In this document: positions 1-11,202 of the stretch, in pieces | Layout: each line of letters starts with the position of its first letter | Numbering within the stretch: the first letter of the stretch is position 1 | NCBI GenBank assembly: GCA_000708835.1 | Contig: DF237149.1 | Location: 62,001-126,000 of the forward strand | Source: Klebsormidium nitens | Lineage: Eukaryota; Plantae; Klebsormidiophyceae | Length of the DNA stretch: 64,000 nt | Direction of reading: 5' to 3' | The notes under the pieces: model-generated | Seen by the model: the letters and a program-made list of their open reading frames with translations, nothing else | Databases searched by the model: none | What the model was told of the DNA's origin: nothing | Position numbers and translations under genes: made by a program

Positions 1-691
1 TAGTGTTATGCGCGTTTCGCGAGGTGCCACGCATTGTCCTGAATGACAAGCCGTTACAACTCGTGTTGGGCCAGGCATTTGAAGAGACCGCTTAGACCGG
101 TCTCGCGTCGCAGTCAAGTGCGATTATGTGTCTTGCCGCGCGACTGCCTGCGGGCAGAATCGTTGAGCTCGGCATTTGCGAGAGCCTCAGCATTTGCCTG
201 CAAAACGCGCCTTATTGAGGCGTTACCGCCAATTTTGACCAGGTTGGACGCGATTTCCGGCATGCAGAAGGTGGTTGCACTATGGGGTTGCCGTTCTTTA
301 CAATGGGAACAATGGAAGCCGAACCTGCTTCGACCGAGACGACCTACGGGCCTGAACCACCATGACATACAAGAGACACGTTTGATGAAATCATCTGATC
401 TTATCGACTGCGTATGAGAAAGGACCCAGAAATCTCGATGCGGACCATGCGAGCTTTTGCACAAGCTTCCTTGAGAGGCGGAAAGCCCCGGACCCTTGAA
501 CGCCGTTACAGACTTGCACACTTCGACAGCAGAGATCCCCCGACCGAACGCAACAAGGGTCTTCTGAGAAGTTGCCGCTCACAGTCTGGCAATGGGAAGC
601 CCGTTTTGGCCATGCGCTTACGGACTTCATACGCGTTACACCACCCTAGTTCTAACTAGAACGGGAGGAATTGTGGACAGCCGACGCCCAC

Positions 692-3600
692 CTTTTTGGG
701 GATCGCGTGCACGATGTCGACCGCCTCCTGGTTGGTGACGTACTCCCACAGACCGCCCGAGGCGAGGATCAGGAACTTGTCCTGAAAACGTAAGCTTGAT
801 GACGTCAGTACCGGAGGTGGCAACATCACAACGAGCAGATCCCAAAGAGAACACCCCTGTGCATCTCAATCAGACACCCCATCAGTGCTCAAAAGACGCG
901 TTCTGTGCCTGTAGATAGCGCCGTTCTCGGTTGCACTTCACCGTCCCCGTAAGCTTTTTCCACCGGAAGGGTCCGTTGGCCAAGTGGGGTTGAGAATAAT
1001 GCGGATGTGATCACTAGGCCGCGAGCTGACGTTACAGGTCCTCATGCCTCTTAGCTTGCTTTGGAGCGCTTCTTCGAAAGTTGCATCGCTTTGCGCCAAC
1101 GGTCAATCACTACAAACTCTTCCTTTACGAAGCTCAATTGGAGAAAGGGCCGACCTTTGCACGCAGGGTATAGATCGCGACGTGTGGAACGGCGGTGATG
1201 AGCGGCGGCGTATAGTGGCCCGGCACGCGGAAACGCGGGAAGAGCGGATTCCGGTTGAAGGCAAGGCTCTTCATGTAACAGTCGCCGAACGCGCGCGTGA
1301 CCTGCGAAGCGAGAAGTCGTAACCGCTTGAGATACCGCAAAAACTTCGAAACTTTGTTCGTTGATGAAACGGCTCGGTGGCGCTTGGCCGCTTCAAATAA
1401 GGAGCGCGCAAGCCTGTTCACGGTCTGGGAAATGGGGGAGCAGTTTTTGAAATGCGAAAACCAGGAGAATATATCTCTGCTCGGAAAGGACACTGAACGA
1501 GGGGCGAAGGGAACGTGACCTTCATGCTTTAAGTGGACGACGATCTCCTCGCTCCTTTCCGGTTTGTCGTGATGGCCATGGCGGCAACAGATCCTCAGAA
1601 CGGAAAGCGCGCAATGGAACGACTAGAAACGGAACTAATCGTTAGTTGAACTGATGACGTGGCAACCCACCTGCAACTTCCCCTTGATCCGGGGCCCGCC
1701 GGGCGTTTCCATCACGAGGTCCGGCGTTCCGGGGTGTTCCGTCAGGTACTTCGCGCGTTCCGCCGGAGCCTTGACGCTGTGGTCCACGCTCAACTGCAGG
1801 ACGCACAAAGCGCTGCGTCTCATCGGTCTGTTTGATTCAAGCAAGCTTCTAAGAGAGGCGCGCAAGGACAAATACGTCACCAACGTGAAGCACAAAAGAT
1901 GCTATTGTAACGAACCAAAATGATGCGTTCTGACGCGCATTCAACTTTTCGTTAAGTGTAGTTCATTGCAAGAAGTCCTCATCCAACGTAGGCCGTCATT
2001 GCGGGTGCTTTGTATGGAAGCCCGGCACGTCTGCTCCCGTGATACTCATAGAACGTCATGAATAGGCAAAGAAACTCAGCCGAGGATGATAAAGAGTAAG
2101 GTCAAACGTAGTCGCATCCGCCCTAACCTGGACCGCAATCAATGGCGCGCCGTCGCATGGAACCAGTAAACCGCGCGGATGTCGCCGCAGTTGGCGACGA
2201 AGAGCGCGCCATCGGTTAGAAACCCGACGACCCTCGTCTTTTAAAAAAAAGCCCCAACCCAAGTCTCGTCAAGCGTTAACGTGGACCGCGATAGGTCCGC
2301 TCTCGTCCAAACTCCCAAGACCGCGCGGCATTTGCCGCAGTTCGGCGACGTAGAGTTACGGCGCGCCGTCCAACGCAGTCGAACAACCAGTCTGAAGCCT
2401 CAGAGCAAACTGCAAACCAAGCCTGGTCAAGCGCTAACCTGGACCGCAACGGGCGCGCCGTCGTCCAAAACCCCTAAAACTGCGCGGCTGTCGCCGCAAT
2501 TGGCCACGTAGAGCGCGCCGTCGGTGACGAGCGCGACGACCGCGGCCGCGCCGACGCACGCCAGGTGCGGCGCGTTCTCGAACTCCTCCGTAACTAGGGT
2601 GGCGAACTGCTCCTCCGTGTCCTGCAGGCATAACCAAATTCATAAGCAATGACAGCAGTACGGTCGCGCCGAAACTCCTCCGTAACTAGGGTGGCAAACT
2701 GCTCCTCCGTATCCTGCAGCCACGGGCGATTGAGAAGTGATATAAGCGATGACTAAGAATGACGTCGCATTCGACATCTTTCAGGTGGGAAAATGCCCTT
2801 TTGAAACTCGGCGGCCATAAGCGGGTGGGGTCAGCCGAGTCCTATGCAGAAACATACCATAGTGAAATCAAAAAGAATTCTGTGCCGAGGTGCTCTCGAT
2901 ATGCTGCAGCTATAAGCAGGCGCCAAAAGCTGAACGCCGGTTTTGAAGGAGAGTGGCAAACGGGTTCTCTAATGGTCCACAAAGACGAATTGCAATAATC
3001 ATTTCTCTTTCATTTCTGATTTAGCCTTACGATATCCGGAAAGCTCGTGCTGCGGAACGGAGGGAAGGACCTTATCCAAAATGCCGCGTATGGAAAATCA
3101 TCAACGGACCCTGACTGGCCTTTAACGTATCAATGTATTCTAAAGGCGCCCGTCGGGCATGCTAATAAATACGAGCTAGTGTTCTTTAACACGTATTCAC
3201 TTCCTTTCAACCGACTTACCTCAAACGCTTGCAGAATCGCAGCCCCCGACACCCCGTTCCCGGCGACCATGGCCCTCTGCAAATTCCTGAACAAGGTCGC
3301 CTCCACAAACGTCGCGGCCTCGGAGCCCCCGTGACCGTCGTAAACCCCCATGAAGACGCCGCTGTTGCTCGCTTCCACCTGCAGGGGGACGGGTTATGGA
3401 CCGCGCTTATCAGAAAAAGGCGGCCGCTTATAAGGCTTGGATAGAAGGAACTGTTATTGCTCGCTTCCACCTGCAGGGGGATGGCTTTTAAGTCGCTCAT
3501 ATGAAAACAAGGTCGCTGCTTATATGGTCTGCAAAGATGTGAGGGCTTTCGGGGTACGCTATTGTTCGCTTGTACCTGCACGGGAACAGCTTATGTATAG

Positions 3601-4366
3601 CTGTTGCCAAACGGCGGCTACCTATGACTTTTACACGAGAATGGAGGAGCCTTGAAAACGCCCGCTCTGGCATGTGAGGTGCCACTTCGTTTTGTGCTGC
3701 CACAACTACGAAAAGGCTGCAAAGTGCTTTTGGCACGACGAGACGGGGAGTCTCGAGTTTTGTCAAGAACTGATGGCTGGTAACGACGCCCGTATTAAGT
3801 AGAGGAGGTATGAGGGACTGCACTCGATCATAAAACACCGCTGCTTTTCTTCCACCTAGGAGAACTCAAGAAAGAACACTCGTATCATACTCAAAGGCAG
3901 ACTTTAACGGAGCGTCATTGGGCTTAAGAACACGGGCGAACTTTGTAAGCGGGGCTCAAGACATTCTTATGAGCTTGCAGATTGCCTTTAATGATCCCTC
4001 CTCGTTTCGGGAAGTTTGACCGACTGATTTTGTAAGCAGAATCGTAAGCGCTTCCCTGCCGGTACAAGCCAACAGGAAGCAGAAGTATTGGAATGCTAGA
4101 ACCTTCAGGACCTCGAAAGCGCAGAAACTGAAGCGAAAACCCGAAACGATGACTGGAATCGATGCGCGAAACGATAACCCGAACAGATAACCCAAAAACG
4201 AGTAAGATATACGCACCTGTGACGTGTCCTCCATGACGTAGTTGGCCTCGTACATCGCAAAGCTGAAGTCGCCGTAGCTCGTCTTCTTCAGCTTCTCCTG
4301 CCACATGCCGCCGCGGTCGCGCTGGGCCTTGAGCCTCAGGCTGGCGCAGTCGGTCGGGACAGCACT
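692..4366 (-). CDS. PP2C/PPM phosphatase moiety, plant clade-D-like, of the fusion gene
   Basis: Motifs: GDFSFAMYEANYVMEDTSQV, GVYDGHGGSEAA, LYVANCGDSRAVLG, VQLSVDH, RIKGKLQVTRAFGDCYMKSLAFNRNPLFPRFRVP, DKFLILASGGLWEYVTNQEAVDIVH. Order and content match plant PP2C.D proteins. Confidence 0.93.
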
Positions 4367-7300
4367 CTGCAGGAGCGACCGGGCGATACTATGATTGTTT
4401 AGTTTCCTTGTTATTCTTTCTCTCAATCTGCATGACCGCGTATGCCAATTTTTCAGCAGATTGAGAACAACATGGACAGTTTTCTCACTCGACTTAACGG
4501 GGACAGAGAGCATTCCAAAGACCTGTCCACGTTATGTCCTTTCCAATCTGAGAAGTGGAAAGTCAGCAGAGACTCAGGGTGAGCAGAAAATGGAGTGGGG
4601 GGATGATTATCAACGAAGAATGAAAGAGACAGAAAGCGTACCGCGATACGTCGTTTCAGGCTCGAGAACTGGAACCCGGGCGCCACGTGTGGGGTCGGGT
4701 TGACGAAGACTCCCTTCAACCGGTCGCTCTGGCCCAGCGGTTCAGCCGCCCCGTGGAGCGCAACGTCCAAACCGATCTGGTTAAGGAGCAGAAACGGTGT
4801 TGGTCAAGCTTGTTAAGGATGGGTTAAGTCACCCTCGACCGGTCGGTTCCGCCGCCCGTGGAGCGCAACGTCCAAACCGATCTAGCTAAGGAGCAGAAAG
4901 GGCGTTAACCAATTTTGTTCAAGATAGGTTAAGCTTCTGTCTACGGTCCGTCCCGCTGCCTCGTGCAGCCTGTCAAGCCCAATCTGGTTAAGTAGCACAA
5001 ATGGCGTTAACCAAGCTTGCTAAGATGGGCTGAAAATCTTCTTATTGGTCGATTTCGCTGCTCCGTGCAGCGATACATTGAACGCGAGTTGATCGAAAGT
5101 AGAAAGTCCTTTAACCAAGCATGTGAATGACGGGTCAATCCTCTGCTTCATGCAGCGAGAGATTAAAACCAATTCGACTGAAAATTTCTTTAACGAAAGA
5201 GGTTGATGCCGTACCAGATTGGTCTTGACGTTGCGTGATTCAACAAGGGTTCTACGTCATGGTTAAGAAGCTCAAAAGAAGGTTAACCACAACAACATCT
5301 ATTTCGGTAAGCTGCAGGACAAGTGGCAACAGCACGACGGGAAAGACCGTCTCTGCCTCAGCTTCCTTCTTTTCCTGTCATTCTTTAGGACAATGACCTG
5401 AGACCACACAAAGAGAACAACTAGATCGAGCTACTGACCTCTTCTTCGTGCCTCGGCACTCTCAGCCGCCCAAAATACCTGAGTGTCCCGAACAGCGTCA
5501 GGGTTATGGCGCCAACCCACGCGTATACCAATAAAAGCGCCAGGATTTGTACGCCCAGTAAGTGCCCGCTGCCCCCGTAGAAAACGCCCACGTCGCGCGG
5601 GTTTTCGATGCCGTAGGTCGACCGGATTCCGTCCGCTGTGGCGAAGAGTCCGGCGGAAAGTCCGCCCCAGGTGCCGCACGCCAGATGCACGGCGACGGAG
5701 TGCACTGGATCGTCGATCTCCAGGAATGCCTGCACGAGCATTTGACACGTGTCGATCAAAGGCGAGGCCCGTGAAGCAGACCACAAGTGCTGAGATATCG
5801 GTGTCAGACGCATGTGACCATTTTCTGCTTGCTTTGAAAATCCTAGAATGGGCAACGGAACCGGAAAGCTGGGCGAACTTGGAGCCTGAGCCACACCTTG
5901 TCGGTCGCCTCAACCCCGACCACTACATCGGTCAGAAGGCGACCATGACGCGAAGTGTGCAGCTTTGAAGTCGCCGAGAAGCGTACATAACGACAGCTTT
6001 GATTCTTGGAGTACCCTTTTGTGTCTCGTTGAGCGCCAGAACGGCTCTTCCAAGCGTGTCCTCGGAGCTGGACAAAGCAAAATGGATTATCTACATCGCA
6101 AAAACTGCTGAAGCCCCTCCACTTAGGAGCAACGTCTTAGCAATGCTTGTCAACTCGCCTCTGCCAGTTCCTGTTTCAAAGCGCGCAGGTCACTCGAGGG
6201 CGCTTCTTTCCACTCGAACCGTTGAAGCTTGGAAAAGCTTTTTGGATACGTGCTTACCTAAGAGGCCCCCTTGATAAACAGACTACGTGGTTCGTGTTGC
6301 GAAGACAAAAGCAAACAGAATCCTACCGAAACTTGCTGAAAGCCGACGAAGAAAGCGGAGTACGAACCATAAGGCGCACTCCCCGCAGGTAGATCGCCGA
6401 TTCACCATCCCGCTCAATTGAAGGAAGTTTCAAGGAAGAGTCGAGGACGTGTCGAGGCAAATTAAGAGGCGGATCCGTTTGAGGGCGGCAATAAGGAAAA
6501 TAAACCGGATCCAAACCGGGATTAAGAATGACGTCAAAATCAGACCACAAACCATACGGCGGACGCCCCTTCGGTAGATCGCCCCAGCCACCATCCCAAT
6601 CAACTTGAGGAAATATCAAAGAAGAGTCAAGGAGGTGTTGAGGCAAGATAAGAGCATAACCCTAACCCTAAAAAGTGCCAAAACACACAAAAGCGGACCG
6701 AAATCCGGGTTAAGATTTGAAAAACGAACCATGAGGCGGACGCCCCCCAGGTAGATCGCCCCGGCCACCATTCCAATCACGCACGCCGCCCAGCTGTCAG
6801 TCACGGAGCTAGTAGCGCAGGCCGCCACGCACCCCCCCAGAACGGCGTTGAAGAGATGGTCGGGGGGGGATCCCCCTCGCCGCGTCGTCATGAAGTAAGC
6901 GGTGCAGCCGGCGAAAGCGGCGCAGAGCGTGGTGTTGGAGCAGACGCGCGCGAGCTGTTCGTACCACACCTGGGGGGGATGCGCGCGAGCTTACGTCAGC
7001 ATAGAGGCGTTAGTGCGTCAGCAATCTCCGTGAGTTTCGGAGGCAGCTGCAGCTTCTTTTCAAGAGTACGTAAGGACGAGACAAAATGCGTACGAAAAGG
7101 AGCCGAAATGATGACACAAATGAGGAGGGAGGTGGGACCATAAGCAGAATGCTGACAAGACGCGGAGCGTAGATGAAGGGGAAGGAAAGGAAACATATCG
7201 ATCGTAACGGTGATACTCTGAGATTTTGACAGCAAACTAGGGGGGAAGAGAAGCAAAACCTCTGCCAGCTTGTGGACGAAGAGAGACCTAAGAGCGAACA

Positions 7301-10300
7301 GGAACCGCCCTCCGGAATGTTGGGTCATGCTGGCTGTTCAGCGAGTAGCATAAGAAGCCCCTGAAAATATATGTTGCAAACATGTTGCAAAGATGTTGCG
7401 CAGTCTGTGAGCAAATGAGTCGGACAAAGCCTCGGGGAAGACGGACGATCAGATTGAAGGATGACTTTATAGGAATTTGAAAAGCTGTCGTTCATTAAAG
7501 AATTGCCCGGAGAGGCGGTCGCAAGTCTCGGCAGGGACGAGGACAATTTTGTGAAAGGTAGAGAACCCTTGAGCGTCTGATTGCGTGCTTCAGAGCGAAG
7601 TCGTGGTTTTCCTTGAGTGCGCTTGAACCAAGAGCCAGCGTTTGAGCAGGATTCTCAGGGATCCGCAAATTCCTTTCGAACAGAAACCCTACTTGGATTC
7701 GATGCAAGCCTGGAGCCGACTCGCAGATCTTAAGCTCTGTGAGTCGGTTGAACGTAGATAGGTTCGGAAACCTAAGTTTCAACAACCGGCTGGTCTTCAG
7801 CAGACTCGGCCGCAAGTGGCGATAGCTTACAATGATGTCGAGGGACCCAAGATCTACGCTCCCTGCGTTGAAGCCGTAGAATCCGGCCCACAAGATGAGC
7901 GTTCCGGCGGCCACGAAGGAAACGGAGTTGGGCTTGAATGGAACGGGCCGGCCCTCGATGTCATACCGCCCGATGCGGGGGCCGACCATCCATGCGGCGA
8001 CCAATGAGGCGACGCCACCTGGCCGGCATCGGAGAGAGCTTCAGCGTGAGGAGGTAGGTAGAACTGTGGGATGCTTCATTTTCATTGAAACGAGTTGATT
8101 TGTAGAGTACACGAAGCGTTCGCTTCCTTGTGAGAAAGAACTTGGAGGGCGTTCGACAGCCAGCTTTGGCTTCGTCGTCGTTAAGACGTTGTGTTTGAGC
8201 CGTTATGGGCACCATTTGGCTCTGACTCCGGTGCAGGTGACAGTTACTTCAACGCACTTCCACAGGAATCTCAACGGCCGGCTATCCAAGAAGCTCGTCT
8301 GCATACGTCTGCCTTGAGTTACTTCTTTTCGCCTTACGTTGGATCCAGCCAGCAAGCTGCATCAAACGTCCCACAGATTAACGTCGACACGTGTCCCTTA
8401 CCAGTAACATGTACGACTAGCGAACCGGCGTTGTCGAGGACGCCATCCGTGCCCAGGAATGCGGTTTCCCTAACCCGCGCGCCCATTAACCCTGTGCCTG
8501 CCCAGATGAAGTGCGCAATCATTGGGTACATGAACCCGCTGTGTACGACCACGTACAGAAGGTACGCTTTGAGGCGAAACCGCTCGGCGACCGCTCCCGA
8601 GGTTATGGTAACCGAGGTCGCGGCGAAGGTGTACTGGAAGAAGAAGTTGACCTGGGAGAGGAAAGTTGAGAATTTGATGCTAAGATTCGTCATCTTAGAA
8701 TCTGAAAAGAGGAGGGTTTGTGGATCTGGTTATGGTAAGCGACGTCGCGGCGAAGGTGTACTGGAAGAAGAAGTTGACCTGGAGAGAAACTTGAGGTTTG
8801 AGGGCTTCGCTTTGTCATCTTAGAATCTCAAAAGAGGAGGGTTTGTGGATCTGGTTATGGTAACCGAGGTCGCGGCTCAAGTAGACTGGAAAGAAGAAGT
8901 TGACCTGGAGAGGGGAAAGTATTAGAGCTTTGTGATCTTACGATACTGTGAAGTCAAGACGAGCTTAGCTTTCCATCTTAGTTTGATGACCCGCATTGCG
9001 GCAGACAATTGTGCGAAGAAGACCTGACATGGAAGCCGCCGGTGATCCCTGAAGAGACTCGCGAATCGCCCAAAACGGCAGCGAGTTTACTGAGAAAAGA
9101 ATCACACTTGGAAGAGGTAGCTGCTACAGCTTTCTGCGGGAGTCAGACAACGGTGATCGCTCAAACGACTCACGTATGGGTCTTCGTAATTGCTGAATCT
9201 TGCAAAGAACAGCCATGAGTTGAAAGAACCAAGCTCTGCACGTAGTGCAGAAGAGGCAACGAGCAGAAATACTGAGAGGGGGAGCAACCTACCTGATTGC
9301 CTTCGTTGAACAAGGCAATCGATTGCGACTCGTTTCGCCACCCGATGACCGACGAACCCTCGCCAAAGCCAAGGGCCCAACCAAAGGTCCAAAAAGCGGC
9401 CGCACAGAAACATGCGTCCATCACATTTTTGACCTGCAAGCGGAGTTGCAGTGTTCGTGCAATGGCATGTCTGGGTGAAAGTGTCAAGGTGCGGTTTGCG
9501 AGCATAGCGTCTCAAATCGCTAGCAAGAGGAAGGTTTGTGACGTACAGAGCACTGATTGAAAGCCTTAGACCCTTAGGAAGCAAACAAGTGGGCGTCTAC
9601 GTAGGTGTTCCAACTATTAGCAAACGCTCGGTAGATTGGGCAGAATCAGTCCGGCAATGCTAGCTTGCACAAAGAGCAGCTTGCACTAAGATAAGCACCC
9701 GAAAGACGGGTGAAATTAGATTGGGGGTAGGGTGGGTGCGGGCACGGAGCGCACGATTTCTTTGATCAGGGCTTGAAGTTTGGTGCCCGAGAGCTGGTGT
9801 CTTAGTGCAAGCGGCTTTTAGTGCAAGCAAGCGTTGCCCGTATGGCAGAATCCTTCCATTCTCACAAAGAGGGGCAAAATTTTGAACAGTTCGTTTTCTT
9901 CATGTGAAGGGGCAGCCGTGGTTGGGCGTACGAACTCTTCATTGCAAAGTGACACTCGCAAATTTGCGTCCTGACAATCATCATCGCACTTCCTGGAGTG
10001 ATACAAGAATGACCAAGCAAAGTGATAAGATTCACTTTGCAAGAGGCTGCAATTTGCCAGTTTATGGAGATGTGGAGAAACCTTGGAGCTCGCTTACCAT
10101 GATGTTCTGTGTGTTCTTTGCCCTGACTGATCCAGCTTCAACCAGGGCAAATCCCACCTGCACGCACCAGAACCAAAATTTGCTAAATGCTAAGCGTCAG
10201 GAAAAAATGGGGCAGTCGTGACAGTTTTAAAAGTCCTCTATCTGATTGTAGTGATACTGGAGTACCTCTGCTTTGAAGCTGAAACGCCAAGCTTCTCGAT

Positions 10301-11202
10301 TACCCTAAACCAGAAGAGAGAGATTTATTATTGAAGAGGCGGCCACAAAGCTGACACCTGTCAGCAGTTAGTGCACGTGCTTAGCTTGTCAAGCCCCCAC
10401 CTTGGCAGACAACTAGATGAAATGCTGACATTAGGGAGGCGCAAGCTTTCTCTTGAGGTAATTATGTGACTTACACTTTACTGCTTTTCTTGGTGGCTCC
10501 TTCTTTTCTGGAGTGGTTTGATTATAGCTTTCTCTCACCAACATGGGTATTTAGTCACAACAATGTCGACGTAGGATTCTCCTACGGCAATCTCTTGCCG
10601 TACCACCTCGATTGGTTGAAGGTGTGCCCTTTTATTCAGAACTTCCTCAAGAGATATATATGTGCTGGTTTTTCTGAAGGTACCCAAATGCACTTTCTCT
10701 GGGCTTCCAGCTACTGGCCTCAGCCCGAGGTCTGACTCAACAGTTTGTGCAGTGCACAAAGGCACAGACCAGCTTGACCCCTCACACAATGACACCCAAC
10801 TCATCAACGCGTTGCTGACAGCTGTCCAATATCAGTCAAAAGCACAGCTCTCGGGGGATGTGCCAATTGCAGCCACCTTATGTGAACCTCAGCGAGAATG
10901 TGGGCCGCTGGGCGTCAAAGTCAGCAAAGTCACTCAGACAAGTCACTCACAGTCGCTGCTTAAACTCAAAATATCATAAGATGGTGCAAGCAAGGACACC
11001 ATGACCAGCCCGCAGAGCATTCCCAAACAACAGATTTCTGGACAATCAACCTGTTTGTGCGGTTTACCTGCATGAAGAACACAATGGTGGCCGCCTGCAG
11101 CCGCCAGATGGCAGCGTCTGTGTGGGCGGAGACAGACGCTTCGTGCTGAAGCGTTGCATTCAATGCCGCGCCCAGCTGGTCCAACTCAGTCATGCTCGCC
11201 AT
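692..11202 (-). CDS. Ammonium transporter (Amt/Mep/Rh) - PP2C (clade D-like) fusion protein; at least 14 exons, 764 codons resolved, 3' end probably beyond the left edge
   Basis: Hand-spliced exons: 11202-11068, 10157-10098, 9433-9293, 8651-8402, 8018-7831, 6969-6730, 5729-5439, 4776-4642, 4366-4217, 3378-3220, 2621-2439, 1793-1671, 1301-1155, 781-692. All introns are GT-AG and phases match (2292 nt). No stop codon lies between the AMT and PP2C parts. Confidence 0.8.
2110..2400. repeat. Two degenerate intronic copies of the donor end of PP2C exon 2621-2439
   Basis: aacctggaccgcaa…gcgcgccgtc…gtcgccgcagttggcgac…agagcgcgcc recurs at about 2125 and 2278. Confidence 0.8.
4642..11202 (-). CDS. AMT1: Ammonium transporter moiety (AMT1-like) of the fusion gene
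   Basis: Motifs: FFMQVGFALVEAGSVRAKNTQNIM, KNVMDAC, FFFQYTFAATSVTITSGAVAER, DNAGSLVVHVTGG, GTLILWAGFYGFNAGS, LEIDDPVHSVAVHLACGTWG, LRVPRHEEEIGLDVALHG. Both conserved pore His residues are present. Confidence 0.95.
4780..5120. repeat. Degenerate intronic copies of the acceptor and start of exon 4776-4642
   Basis: cgcccgtggagcgcaacgtccaaaccgatct…taaggagcagaaa is repeated near-exactly at about 4853, with fading copies at about 4960 and 5060. Confidence 0.8.
6345..6730. repeat. Degenerate intronic copies of the donor end of AMT exon 6969-6730
   Basis: gaaccat…ggcg…cccc…ggtagatcgcc recurs at about 6364 and 6550. Confidence 0.75.
8655..8915. repeat. Intronic copies of the acceptor and start of AMT exon 8651-8402
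   Basis: cgcggcgaaggtgtactggaagaagaagttgacctgg and ctgaaaagaggagggtttgtggatctggttatggtaa are each repeated. Confidence 0.85.

Noticed and set aside
4453-4641. AMT ending by read-through to the stop at 4453 as a stand-alone gene
   Set aside because: The extension is pyrimidine-rich intron-like sequence after a good GCG|gtacgc donor, and the downstream acceptor is in phase. It cannot be excluded as a minor isoform.
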